Source of the DNA: Squalus acanthias
Taxonomy: Eukaryota
Length of the DNA stretch: 64,000 nt
Direction: 5' to 3'
Assembly (NCBI GenBank): GCA_030390025.1
Contig: CM059431.1
Coordinates: 114,764,001-114,828,000, forward strand
Under the pieces are notes generated by a model. The model saw only the letters and a program-made list of their open reading frames with translations. It did not search any database and was not told where the DNA came from. A program made the position numbers and the translations under genes. The stretch's first letter is position 1. Each line of letters begins with the position of its first letter. This document shows, one piece after another, positions 12,972 through 26,265 of the stretch.

Positions 12972-13295
12972 ATGAGCTTTTGGCTTCGTGCTAGCATTCC
13001 CGCCCGAGCCAAAAAGTACAGGGTTCGAACCCCACTCCAGACAGTCCTGGCGAGTGGAGACCGGAGCGCTGGTTATGAATTCTGGGTTGACGTCCAGCGG
13101 GATACTTGTGACCGGTGGATGCGGGTGCACCCTACCCTCCATCATCGTATGGGTTGTCGGACTCTGTAAAACCTTCCTGCTGTATCGGACTAACCAATCT
13201 AATCGGCTGGTAGAAGATGTTTGCGACCATAGAAGTGTTCACGTTGCAGCCTATCAAACTGTTAATCAGCCTGCGAATCCTTTGACTACTTCACA
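12972..13295 (+). mobile_element. tRNA-headed SINE-like element with CpG-rich, non-Deu body
   Basis: A-box-like TGGCTTCGTGCTAG and B-box GGTTCGAACCC (13022-13032) followed by ACTCCAGA as in the Deu-SINE heads; body differs. Confidence 0.55.
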
Positions 13296-14114
13296 CTATT
13301 CTCCATGGGATACGAAAAACAAACTGCAGTGCCCAATCCTATCCTCAGCCAACACCACATCTTCACAGTTCTAGCAGGGGTCACTGGACAGCATCCAGCA
13401 GTGGGAACCTTGGCTGATATTCTCCAACATAACCCAGGATGACTGAAAAATTGTAGCATGCTTACTGACAATCAGATGAGACAGCTAATTCGGCAGAGAC
13501 CAAGGATTAAGCCTGTGGACCTCCCTGGTCCTGTGGCTCAGCTGCTGTGTGAAACTGCTAAGCCATCAGGAGAACACGATCTGGAGTTGTCAATTTTTTT
13601 TCTAAAAAGCACATTTTAAAGTCATGTGCCATCACCTTAATTACTTGATGCAGAGGCTCAGTGAGGCTGAACTTCAGCTGACAGATATTGAAATCAATTA
13701 AGACATTGTGGCTAGCAACTGAAACTTGTAAAAATCTTAATTGTGCCTATACCTATTTTTTTTTTTAAATAAGATGCAGCTAAATATTTGGAACTGTTGC
13801 CTATAATGGGAGAGAAACATAACTAAGAAAGGTGAGGTTCCATTAAAAAAGCCTACTACACAGAAAAAGGATGGCATTTGACCAAGTTGCGCCACATGGC
13901 ACAAAACTCTTCAAGGCAATGCATCTGCGCGTATTTCAATGGTGAAACTCAGGAAGTTTTATACTTCATCAACCCAAATTTACACTTTACCAACTCAAAT
14001 CAACCTCTTGTTGAAAAGGTCAGCGATAAGTAGTTTACACAATTCATTTGCAATGCCAAGGAAATTACAAAAGAGGGTGAAAATATATAACAGAAAATGA
14101 AAATCAAACTTTAC

Positions 14115-14250
14115 TTGTCAAACCAGGATTTCTTTGCAGGCACTCCTTCAGCAGCAGCACCTATTGTACGTTTCCTGGACTCAGAATCCACCACTATTCT
14201 CATGTTGTTGTTGGTAGTAGGCTTTTCGGTTTTCACAGTTATATTTACAG
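14115..14250 (-). CDS. RBM26: RBM26 exon 10 (AVNITVKTEKPTTNNNMRIVVDSESRKRTIGAAAEGVPAKKSWFDK)
   Basis: CATTCTAG| at 14251 is the nearest in-frame AG upstream of EKP; AA|GTAAAG donor; 136 nt; MRIVVDSESRKRTIG matches RBM26. Confidence 0.88.
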
Positions 14251-14309
14251 CTAGAATGTGAACAGATAGTCGTTTTAAAAACCATAACATACTTCAATGA
14301 AAACCTATT

Positions 14310-17300
14310 AAGAACATAAGAAATAGGAGCAGGAGTAGGCCATTCGACCCGACGAGCCTGCTCCGCCATTCAATGAGATCATGGCTGATCTTCTGCCTCA
14401 ACTCCATTCACTGGCCCTATCGCCATATCCCTTGATGCCCTTACTAGTCAGAAATCTATCAACTTCTGTTTTGAATATACCCAATGACTGAGCCTCCACA
14501 GTCCTCTGGGGTAGAGAATTCCAAAGATTCACCACCCTCTGCGTGAAGAAATTTCTTCTCATCTCAATCCTAAATGGCCTACCCTTTATCTTGAGGCTGT
14601 GGCCCCTGGTTCTCGACTCCCCAGCCAAGGGAAACATTCTCCCAGCATCCACCCCATCAAGCCCTGTAATAATTTTGTATGCTTCAATGAGATCCCCTCT
14701 CATTCTTCTGAATTCAAGAGAATACAGGCCTAGTTTACTCAATCTCTTCTCATAAGACAGTCCCGCCATCCCAGGAATCAATCTCGTGAACCTTCGTTGC
14801 ACTCCCTCTATGGCAAGTATATCCTTCCTTAGGTAAGGAGACCAAAATTGTACACAGTACTCCAGGTGTGGTCTCACCAAGGCCCTATATAATTGGAGTA
14901 AGACTTCTTTACTCCTGTACTCAAATCCTCTTGTAATGAAGGCCAGCATACCATTTGCCTTCCTAATGGCTTGCGGCACCTGCACATTCACTTTGTGACT
15001 CATGTACAAGGACACCCAGGTTCCTTTGAGCATCTGCATTCCCCAATCAGGAAATACTCTGCCTTTCTGTTTTTTCTACCAAAGTGGATAACTTCACATT
15101 TATCCACATTATATTCCAAGTGCCATGTTCTCGCCCACTCATTGAGCCTGTCGAGATCCCCTTGAAGCCTCTTCACAACTGACACTGCCACCTAGCTTTG
15201 TATCATCAGCAAATTTGGAAGTGTTACATTTAGGCCCCTCATCCAAATCATTGATATAGATTGTGAATAGCTGGGGCCCAAGCACCGATCCTTGCAGTAC
15301 CCCACTAGTCACAGCCTGCCATCCTGAAAAAGACCCGTTTATCCCTACTCTTTGTTTTCTGTCTGTTAGCCAATTCTCAATCCATGCTAGTATATTACCC
15401 TCAATTCCATGTGCCCTAATTTTGTTCACCAACCTCTTGTGTGGGACCTTATCGAAGGCCTTCTGAAAATCCAGATACACCACTAGTTACATCCTCAAAG
15501 AACTCCAATAGGTTTGTCAAACAGGATTTCCCTTTCATAAATCCATGTTGACTCTGTCCAATCTTACTATTAGTTTTTAAGTGCCCAATTATTGCATCCT
15601 TTATAATAGATTCCAGCATTTTCCCAATTACTGATGTGAGGCTAACAGGTTTGTAGTTCCCCGTTTTCTCTCTCCCTCCTTTCTTAAATAGCGGAGTTAC
15701 ATTTGCTATCCTCCAATCTGCAGGAACCGTTCCAGAATCTATAGAATTTTGGAAGATGACAACCAATGCGTCCACTATTTCAATGGCCACCTCTTTCAAA
15801 ACCCTAGGATGTAGGTCATCTGGTCCTTGGGATTTATCGACTTTTAGTCCCATTAATTTTGCTAGCACTGTTTTTTTACTAATAATTTCTTTAAGTTCCT
15901 TATTCTCGTCACACCCATGGTTTTCTTGCATTTCTGGGAGGTTTTTTGTGTCTTCCTCCGTGAAGACAGAAACAAAAGTATTTATTTAATTTCTCTGCCA
16001 TTTTCTCATTCTCCATTATAAATTCTCCCATCTCTGACTGTAAAGGACCTACATTTACCTTCGCCAGTCTTTTGCTTTTCACATACCTATAGAAGCTTTT
16101 ACAATCCTTTTTTATATTTTGCTAGTTTGTGCTCATATTCCATTTTCCCTTTCTTTATCAATTTCTTGGTCCCCCTTTGCTGATTTCTAAAAAGATCCCA
16201 AACCTCAGGCTGACTGCTTTTTCTGGCAACTTTATAAGCTTCCTCCTTTGACTTAATACTGTACTAGCATAATTTCTTTTGTTAGCCATGGTTGGATCAC
16301 TTTTCCTTCTGGGTTTTCATGCCCTAGAGGAATATATGTTTGTTGCAAGTTATGCATTATTTCCTTGAGTATTAGCCATTGTATGTCCACCTTCATACCT
16401 TTTAGTGTAGTCTCCCAATCTACCATGGCCAACTTGCCCCTCATACCCTTGTAGTTTCCTCTGTTTAGATTGAAGACCTTAGTTTCAGATTGGACTACAT
16501 CACTCTCAAATTTAATGTAAAATTCAATCATATTATGGTCACTTGTCCCTAAAGGCCCCTTTACCACAAGATTATTGATTAGCCCTTTCTCATTACACAG
16601 TACCAGATCCAGAATAGCATGTTCCCTGGTTGGTTCCTCCACATACTGATCCAGGAAACCATCTCGCATGCATTCCAAGAATTCGTCCTCCACACCATTA
16701 GTGGTTATTTGATTTGCCCAGTCAATATGTAGATTAAAGTCCCCCATGATTAGCGTATTGCCCTTGTTACATGCACTTCCAATCTCTTGATTGATACTGT
16801 GCCCTACATTACCATTACTGTTTGGTGGCCTTTCCACAACTCCCACCAATGTTTTCCGCCCTTTGCTGTTTCTAAGCTCCACCCAAACGGATTCCAGTTC
16901 TACATCACGATCTGCCAAGCCAAAATCTTTTATCTCTACCGTACCGATCTCATCTCTTATTAAGAGTGCTACGCCACCTCCTTTTCCTTTTTGTCTGTCC
17001 TTCCTAACTGTTGAGTAACCTGGAACATTCCCAGCTTTGGTTACCCTGCAACCATGTCTCTGTAATGGCAATTACATCATACCCATTTACTTTGTTAGTG
17101 CCATTAATTCATCCACCTTGTTGCAAATGCTATGTGCATTTAGATAAAGTGCCTTCAACTTTGCCTGTTTAATATTTTTCTTCACTTTGACCCTCTTTAC
17201 TGTTGGCCTTTGTTTCTGCTCCCTACTAGTTTTGCTGACTACTTTTCTAACTTGCACTTCCAGCTTTGTTTCTCTCCGTTCTGGGCCCACACTTAGGTTC

Positions 17301-17312
17301 CCAGCCCCCTGA
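14310..17312 (-). mobile_element. CR1 LINE, near-complete decayed ORF2 plus end of ORF1
   Basis: LKALYLNAHSICNKVDEL at ORF2 start, endonuclease and RT ORFs in track, tail CTATTTCTTATGTTCTT ending about 14310. Confidence 0.95.
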
Positions 17313-17384
17313 ATGCAAGCTGCTCTCTTTCACGATTCATATATAGACTTATTACAGATGTATGGGAGGCAGTAATTAGAGATG

Positions 17385-19755
17385 AGTTGCATTTATATAG
17401 CATCTTTAAATGCAGTAAAACAACTCAAGACGCTTCACAGAAATGTAATCAGGCAAAAATTGACACCGAGCTACAGGAGATATCAGGAGTCAGATAGGTA
17501 GGTTTTAAGAAGCAACTTAGAGGGGGAAAGAAAGGTGATATGGTGGAGAGGTTTACAAGAGAAATTCCAGAGCAGAGACCATGACCACTAATTATGGAGC
17601 GAAGAGAATGGTGGAAGCACAAGAGGTCAGAGTTGGAGGAACGCAGAGTTCTCAAGAGAGTTATAGGGCTGGAGGAGGTTATGGAGATAGGAGGGACAAG
17701 ACCATGATGGGAGTTGAACACAAGAATGAGAATTTTAAATGGAGGCACAGGGGGACCAGGAGCCAAATTGGATCAGCAAGCACAGAAGTGATGGGTAAGC
17801 AAAACTTGGTACAGGTTCAGAAACGGGCAGCAAATGGGTGATGTTACAGACCTTTAATTCGGTGGTCTTTGTGATGGAGAGGATAAGGGGTCAAAAAGGA
17901 TGCCGAGGTTATGGTCAGCTTCAACCAGAGACAGTGGCCGGAGAGGGCTATGGAATCAGTGGGGAGGGTATTGAATTTGGTGGGGGGCGAAGACTATAGC
18001 TTCAGTCTTCCCGATACTTAACTGGAGGAAACTGCGGCTCATCCAGGACTGGAAGTTGGACAAGCGGGATAATACATGGATAGTGGACGGGGCCAAGAGC
18101 TGGTGAAGATGTAGAACTGGGTGTCGTCAACGTATATGTGGAATCCAACCCCATGTATTCAGATAATGTCACTGAGGGACAGCATGTAGGCCAAAGATAG
18201 ATACTTGTGGAACTCCAGAGGCAAAGGTGCGTAGGTGAGGAGAAGTCATTGTTATAGATGTTTTGATTACGATTAGATAAGTATGAGTGGAGTCAAACAA
18301 GGGCAGACTCACTCTGCTGGACAACAATGACAATACATTCAAGGACCTGAGAGAAAAGGCAGGTTGGAGATGGGGAGGTAGTTTCTAAGGACAGAGGGGT
18401 CAAAGGTGTTTTTTTTTTTTAAATAGGAGGAATGTAACGACAACGAGAGGGAACAGTACCAGAGGAGAAGAAGCCATTTACAATGTTAGCTAGCATTAGG
18501 GGCAGGAAGGGAAGTTGGGCAGTCAGGAGTTTAGTGGGAATGGAGTCAAGAGAGCAGGAGGTGGGTTTCATGGAGAAGCTGAGCTCAGAGAAGGCGCGAG
18601 AGATGGGGGGGGGGGGGATAGAAGCAAGAGAAATATTTGGAGTCAGGGCTAGTGCAGGTGGGCAAGTGGAAGAGAGCATGAAGTAGAGACAGCGAAACAG
18701 ATGGTCTTAGTGACAAGAAAGACGGAGCTCCACGTAGTTGTTGTTGGTGTAGATGGAGGGGGCAGGGGAGCAGAGTTTACGGAGACGGTTGGTAGTGGAG
18801 GAAAGAATCTAGGGGTTATCTTCTCATTCCAGAACGATCCTGGAGTAGCGAGAGGTTTTGCCAAAGGAGAGCAAGACCAGGCAGTGCTTTATGTGGTCCA
18901 GCCAGATCTGGCGGTAGGTGGCCAAACCAGTCTTGCATCAAATACGTTCAAGTTTATACCCCTTGGATCTGAGGGAGCAGAGATGAGTTCTATATTCATG
19001 AGAACAGAGCGGGAGAGAGAGTTTTACTGGGAACTAAGGCATCAAAGGCAGAGGTGAGGAAGTGAAGCAGATCGACAGCTACAGAAACATTGTGGTGAAT
19101 GGAGGGCAATGGGAGGTTGAATGTGCAGTTGCAAGTGACTCTTGGGAGAGTTGTTTTCCCCTTGGGGCAGATGCAGAAGAAAGTGGGTAGGGACACATAG
19201 AAGTGATCAGAGATGGTCTTTTCTGCAGTCAAGATGACAGGCAGAAATGGTACTGTCGAGAGGTGGCCACAAATATGGGTAGGAGAGTTAATGCGGTGTG
19301 AGAAGTTAAGGGAGGACAGAGAGCTCAGTAAAATCAGAGGAGAGCAAGGTGAGTTGAGATGGAGATTGTCATCAGCAAAGATGAGGAACCTTTCAGTGCA
19401 GAGGCTGAGGGAGGAAAGAAGTGAGGATAATGCAGTGAGAAACTCAGGGTGGGGGGGCTGGTAGAGAACGGGGATTTTAAAGGAGAGACAAGGGGGTGGA
19501 ACAAGGCGAGGTACACAAAGGAGGAGAACATGCCAGAGGAGTAGGGGGAAGATGCCAAGGTGTGATTTGGTGATAAGAGTCACACCATCACCATGGCGGT
19601 TTGGGTAGGGCAGGTGGTGAAACATATAGTCAGGCAGGAAGGATTCAGTAAGGGGCAAGGTGTCACCATCTGTAAGCCAAGCTTCAGTCAAAACCATATC
19701 ATCAATGCAATCATCCATAATAAGGTCATGGATCACAAGAGTCTTGAGATGCAAT
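17385..19755 (-). mobile_element. Decayed L2-type LINE (endonuclease to 3' tail)
   Basis: LTEAWL...HHLPYPNRHGDGV, MKPTSCSLDSIPTKLL, FKILILVF; tail GCTATATAAATGCAAC. Confidence 0.82.
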
Positions 19756-20267
19756 TTATTCTAGGGAGGGTTCAGATATCAAACATGAAGCTTGAATGGT
19801 TTAGGATTTTAAAATTGATGACCCCCATTAATGACTCCCCAACCCGAGGAAAAAGTTTTTGCCCTTTCACCCATCAAACACTTCCTAATTTTAAAAACCC
19901 AAATTAAATCTCCTCTGGGCCATCTCTACTCTAGGGGAAATAATCCCACTATCTCAAGTCTCTCCTCATAACCAGTGTTGCATCCCAGATAGCATCCTAC
20001 TGAATCCACATTGTATGTTCTCAATGGCTTTAATGTCCCTTCTATAATAAGTATCCAAAACTGCACACAGTACTCATAACTGTGGCCTAACCATTGCTTT
20101 GCACAAACATATTACCTCTTGCACTCAATACGCCTATGTTTAAAATTCATACTACTATGTGTTAAATTATAAGCAGAATAGCTGAAGTACCAGTTTTACA
20201 GGGGTTAGGTTTTTAAAACTTTTGCCTATTCCATTGCAGATATTTTGTAGCCATATTTTTACTGTAC

Positions 20268-20408
20268 CTCGTGGTGGTAGATCCATATCTCCAGATGTGA
20301 GTCCAATTAAGTTAGGTCTTTGGCTGTGTACCCTGTGTCTGTAAACGGGTCTTGAAGTACTGGTTATACTAGGTGCTTCAGGATTATATCCATCAGTTTC
20401 ATAGGTTT
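20268..20408 (-). CDS. RBM26: RBM26 exon 9 (ETYETDGYNPEAPSITSTSRPVYRHRVHSQRPNLIGLTSGDMDLPPR)
   Basis: TCTGTAG| acceptor, G|GTACAG donor; 141 nt; YNPEAPSIT motif. Confidence 0.95.
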
Positions 20409-22781
20409 CTACAGACAAAAACAAACAGGCATGAACTGCAGAGCTAGCCTCTTCATCATGCTGTGGTATCAAGTTGCAACCAAAAGTTTACCAACAGTTT
20501 GTATTAATATAGCACCTTTAACATAAGAAATATACCAAGCTACTTTACAAGGAAGGGAGAACGTAAATTAGGAAACGGACACTGAGCTATGGAGGAGTTA
20601 GGAGAGGCAACCAAATGCTTGATGGAGGAGGTTTTTTTTTAAAAAAGGTAGGGAGAAGTGGAGAGGCAGATGAGTGAGCAGGGAGAAAGTTCCAGAGAGT
20701 AAAGCTGAGGCAGCTGAATTTCTACCACAAATATTGAGAAGGGAGGGTGGGATGCACAGAAGTCGAGACAGAAGACCAAAGGGTGCAGAAGAGGATACAA
20801 GGATCTCAAGTTCCATGTACTGGGGGACAGGGAGCCATCGCAGGGTTTTGGATCATCTAGCCAGACGTTGTGCAGGACAAAATTCAGGTGGCTGATTTCA
20901 TTATCCTATACTATTGTCTCCCCATAGTCCTGTATCTTCCTTTGCTTTGGAATTTAGGGAGGGTGGGTGATGGGAAATCAGCAAAGACGATACTGGTGAA
21001 CTCAAGTTTACAAGTGACAAAAACATGGATAAGAGTCAAGATACCAAACCAAACAGTACAAGAATCGATATAATGCATCGAAGGGAAAGGTAACCTGTTG
21101 CAGGCAGCAAAAGTACGCAACACAAAACTATTCTCACTTGTAAATTCTCCTGATGGTTTTTAGCGTATACTCACCAACACTTCAGCACACCTTCATGAGG
21201 ACCCAAACTTTAGGTCAGGTGTTGGTCTCTTCGCTGGTATCAGCCATCGGCTCAGTCAGTTGAATGACTCCATCCTTCTAACTTCATGTGACAATGCAAA
21301 GCAAATACTTGGTACTAACGGAGTGTGTGCGTGCTTGTATACGCATACACACAAATAATTAGGAACTCTATGCTTTAAAACGTTTCATGTACAATAGGAA
21401 AACATTTTAGATTTTATCTATTCCTGGATAGAGTTGCAGTTGAAGCTGTTCTTTAAAAGGGTGCTTTTGGGTAAGGGAGGAGGTAGAAAACTCCATCTGC
21501 TGGTACCACAACTAATTACTATCTCTGTGGCATTTGGTGACTCGTGGGCAGGAACTGCATTAGTCATCGCTTTTCTGCATTAAATACCAATTGAAGCTCC
21601 CAGCCGAACACAAATACTCAGCTCATTTATTTGTTAAAACATCCCCAAGTTATACTGCATGCAATTGATTACTTGCCACCCTAAATATTCTCCGATCCTC
21701 CTTGCTTACTCACTGATAACATTACGGCATTATACTGTTGCACTCTTCTATTCTGTCTCAGAATCTTAAACTGTGGCACTCCTGGCCTCCCTTAGTCATC
21801 CCTTCCTTCAACTCTGTATATCTTTAATACCCAAGCTTGAGTCACCTTTAAATACTGCCCTGCACAATCGATCAAATCTTAGCCACTACATCTAGGCACA
21901 ATACAAGTCGATTCAAGCAAACATCACAAAGCAGATCAATCATCCTCGCCACCATTAAAGCACTGAAATGCTGCAAGTTTCCAAATAGAAGAAAGCAGAT
22001 AAACTCAGTCATCAGGGGAACTGTGGTTACTTTCAAGATGATGGTAAATAATCTCGGACAAGAAGCAAAATATTCACTTAGTAGACTGAATTCTAATAAA
22101 AGCTTAAATTGCAATCTCTCTTTCATATCCTCAAGTCTTGTATAGGCAGAATACCCAGTTGGAAAGTAATAAAAGATGCATCTTACTCAACAGGACTGGT
22201 CGGAATTAAAATGGGTATTCAATTGCTCCCGATTGTACATCATAAATTAGATTTGCATTAAGACAACCTTTGATCTTATTTGCTCAAAATAACCTGACCA
22301 TCTTCCCATTTGTACAGCATCTAGCCATTTGTTAAGAGTTCCAAGTCTACCCTCAACCATTATTGCAGATCACTCTCTGCATAAATATCTGTTGACATCT
22401 GCATATGTGCCCTTTAGAACAACTATTTTCTGGTTTACTTTCTCTACGGTCCAATTATGGAGCACTGGGCATCCCACCCAATACCTTCTTACCATTTTGA
22501 TCTAGCTCCTCTACCCACTGATTCCTATCCCTTCAGCCGGTTACAAATCCATATCTCGGATATAAAAAGGAGTTTCTTATACTGTACCCAAGTGCTTTTT
22601 GAAGTCTAGGTACATTGTGTCATATGACTTTCCCCCACCCCAGTTGAGACAAAACTTCCTCAAACTGTAACCTCAAATACACCATTTAACAAATGACAGG
22701 TGGGAACAGAGAAAAAAAAAGGAATAGAATGTCTTATTTAAATTGGCCTAAAAGGCAAAACATTTTTTTTTTTCTTTTTAC

Positions 22782-22922
22782 CTGCTGTATATGGAGGAGG
22801 CTGTGTTGCAGGAGGCTGGTGATGAATCACGGATGTGACAACAGGAGGCACTGAACTAGTAATTGAGCTTGGGGGTGCATCCATTCCAGGAGGCTGAAGT
22901 GGTGGTAATGGTGGTGGGGGAC
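22782..22922 (-). CDS. RBM26: RBM26 exon 8 (GPPPPLPPLQPPGMDAPPSSITSSVPPVVTSVIHHQPPATQPPPYTA)
   Basis: TAGTAG| tandem acceptor, G|GTAAAA donor; 141 nt; read by hand. Confidence 0.93.
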
Positions 22923-23064
22923 CTACTAAAAAACAGCAAATTTATAAGAATACCACCAACTGTACTTTCAAGAAGATTGTAAACGAGCAGGTTTTTAGAA
23001 AGAAAATACTTAACAAAACCAAGAGACCAAACCTAACTCGTGCCAAGTTTCACAACGAAAAAAC

Positions 23065-23612
23065 AAACTTGCATTCATATTGAACCTTTCATGACCTCAT
23101 GACTGCTTAAGTGCTTCACAGCCAATGAAATGTAGTTGCTGTTGTGCAAACTCAGCAGCCAAGTTTCACACAGCATGGTCCCACAAACAGAAATGAGATT
23201 AAATGACCAGATAATGTCCCTGAATTTGCAGTTGTAATGACAGCCAAACTGTCAGCGCTCACCATCATTACTGTGTAAAACTAACAGCAACTTCTGGCGT
23301 CTGCACATCCGCAGTTAAGCGCTGAAATCCAGAAGTTGCTGTCAGTGATACGCTGCTGTCCACAGGGTGGCCTGTTGCAGTCTTTGCAGATGCAATCAAC
23401 GCAGAACCAGTGATTTAACGCGAACTTCAACTTTTTACGCACTATTCTCGCTGTAAAAACCATTGAAAATGTTAAACCTTGTTGAATGAGGGGGTAGCTG
23501 AGGTTTTAAACAGCGTACCAAGTCATAATTACTGAACAACCTCTCTGGCCCTGAAAAACAAAGTCAGTCTAGATTGTGTGCTCACGTCTCTGGAGCAGAG
23601 CCTGAACCCACA
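23065..23612 (-). mobile_element. Internally deleted Deu-domain SINE split by a Harbinger-like insert (about 23216-23560)
   Basis: SINE tail and GGTCCCACAAACAG...GACCAGATAAT on the left, head remnant CTCTGGAG...TGAACCCACA on the right; insert shares sequence with 39663, 40420 and 52450. Confidence 0.6.
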
Positions 23613-23614
23613 GC

Positions 23615-24635
23615 ATGGTGGGTAGTGGTGCTCCACAAGGATCAGTGCTGGGACCACTGCTGTTCACAATTTACATTAACGATTTAGACTTTTGAATCAA
23701 AATCACAATTTCTAAATTTGCAGATGATACCAAATTGGTGGGGATAGTCAATACTGAGGAGGACTGCAACAAATTACAGGACATTAATAAACTTGCAGAA
23801 TGGGCAAATAATTGGCAAATGAAGTTCAACACAGACAAATGTGAGGTATTACATTTTGGTAGGACGAATAGGGAGGTCACTTATCACTTGGAAGGTGCGA
23901 GTCTAGGTGGGGTAGAGGAAGAAAGGGATCTCAGAGTACAAATACACAAATCACTAAAAGTTGCGCCACAGGTTAGCAAGCCCATTAAAAATGCAAACCA
24001 AGCACTAGTGTTTATTTCTCGAGGGACAGAATTGAAAAGTAGGGAAGTTATGCTAAACCTGTATTGAACCTTGGTTAGACCACACTTGGAGTACTGCAAA
24101 CAGTTCTGGTCGCCATATTATAAAAAGGATATAGAGGCACTGGAGAGGGTGCAGAGAAGATTTACAAGGATGATACCAGAAATGCGAGGGTATACATATC
24201 AGGAAAGGATGAACAGGCTGAGTCTCTTTTCTCTTGAAAAGTGGTGACCTAATAGAGGTCTATAAAATTATGAAAGGTTTTGATAGAGTGGATACAGAGA
24301 GAATGTTTCCACTTGTGGGGAAGAGCATAACTAGAGGCCATCAATATATGATAGGCACCAATAAATCCAATAGGGAATTCAGAAGAAATTTCTTTACCTA
24401 AAGAGTGGTGAGAACGTGGAACTCGCTACCACAGGGAGTGGTTGAAGCAAATAGTATAGATGCATTTAAGGAGAGGCTGGACAAACATATGAGGGAAAAG
24501 GCAACAGAGGATTATGCTGATAGATTTAGATGAGGAAAAATGGGAGAAGGCTCGAGTGGAGCATAAACACCGGCATGGACTGGTTGAGCCGAATGGCATG
24601 TTTCTGTGCCGTATATCCGATGTAATCCTAAGTAA
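23615..24635 (+). mobile_element. CR1 3' fragment (subfamily with TGTAATCC tail)
   Basis: GAPQGSVLGPLLF...KFADDTKL...VRPHLEYC; near-identical to 51680-52435. Confidence 0.9.
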
Positions 24636-25729
24636 CATTGTGACTCAGAGGAAAGAGAGTGCTACCACTGAGTCAAGGCTGATGTACAGAAACAGCAATA
24701 TGTTTATCTGTTAATTATTTCCAAAACAGAAAAATTTAGCTTTAGATTTTGGCTGAAAATCAAGAGTTAAACATTTTTGAGAACTGGCATAACAAATGAA
24801 GCCAAAACATTTCTTGGCCAGATGTAGGACCTTTTGAGAGAAAAGTTTGAGGTCACAAGGCATCCAAAAGAAACATTTGCATGAAAAGACTGTGGCCATG
24901 CCTTATTTAACATGGAAAGATCACTTAAAGCTATAAAGAGGGCATAGATCTTGGAGGAGCACAGTTGAGACAGTTTCCTCCACGGGATAACAGCCTCAAT
25001 CTTACTGTATGCAAAAAGATACCGAGTTGTGTAGTTTTTTATTCTCTCTACCCTTGCCTGCCTCGCACCCCGCCTCCCGCCCCCGATGGCACTGGGGTAC
25101 GCTTGCACGAGATTCTCTTTACTGGGGTATACTTGGATGACCTTCTTCTACCTTGTCCAAGTGGCCATTATTGTGTGGAAGCCTAGACAAAAGTGTCAAC
25201 ATGCTATTTAAGTCAAGAGAGGTTTCAAACTGTGTTTGATCTTGTTCTCAAATGTCTTCCACATGTACATTTACAAAAGTAGTTTTTGGATAGCAAATGA
25301 AGCAGAAGCATGTGCTAACTTCCCTGCTTCTACTCCAAGGATTCTGAGGTTGATTATAGTGCCACTACCAAAGCAGCTAACCTAATTAGATTTTCTCTTG
25401 ATGGACAATAATATCCCGATTCGAAAGAGGCCCAGTAATTATCAAGCAATTTATTACAAACAAATAGGGTGAGGAAACTCGAGCAAATCTGAATTTAGAA
25501 AGGAAATCAGTTTGCAAGTGGCGTGATGACAATCTTCTGAAGTGCACACAATGATTTAGGAGGTGGGAGAATACTGAAGTGTGGCAATGTGATTACTCTT
25601 TCACACAACAAAATCTCCAATGCATGCTGGCCAATGGCGTGATATCCTACAATATATTCTGGTGAAGCGTCCTGTGCTTATCCTGTCATTTTTCAAAGTA
25701 ATGGCATGTACAGAAAACTTATTCTTTAC

Positions 25730-25969
25730 CTGCAACAGGAGGCAGACTTGGTGGTAATGGTCCTGGTGGAGGGACTGGAGGTCTGAGATTAACAGGTGGA
25801 GGAGTCAGAATGGGTGGCGGTGGAGGAAGGGCAGGAGGATTTGGTCCCTCAACTACTGGGGGCTGTGAGGGAAAAGGCAGCATGCCTGGAAGATTCACAT
25901 CCTCTACCACTACTGGATCACTTCCGTGGTCAAATGGACACATGTCACCTCTCATACAGAAGCCCTTTT
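25730..25969 (-). CDS. RBM26: RBM26 exon 7 (EKGFCMRGDMCPFDHGSDP...PPSLPPVA), CCCH finger plus Pro-rich region
   Basis: TTTATAG| acceptor, G|GTAAAG donor; 240 nt; completes C-x8-C-x5-C-x3-H. Confidence 0.96.
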
Positions 25970-26094
25970 CTATAAAAAACACAAAAAAGAAATGCAGTGT
26001 AAAGCACATGTCATTAAAACAATCTGCAACACATCAAAAAGAACCTTTATGCCAATGTATTATGATATTACATAGTTGTTTCAACAATACAGTA

Positions 26095-26265
26095 CAGTAG
26101 AAGCCTCTTAATGGGACACCCCTGTGGTGAGCGAAACATTCCCTTTATCCAGCCGTTCCTGTTAAGCAAACACAGTAGAATGGAGGGAATGAATTGATGC
26201 CTGTGCAAGTGTTGTGTTTTAGTGAACATTCCCATTATTAAGTGCCCATTAACTAGTATGTACTG
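26095..26265. mobile_element. Old Tigger/pogo-like MITE
   Basis: TA|CAGTAG...TACTG|TA termini with TA duplication; degenerate. Confidence 0.4.
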
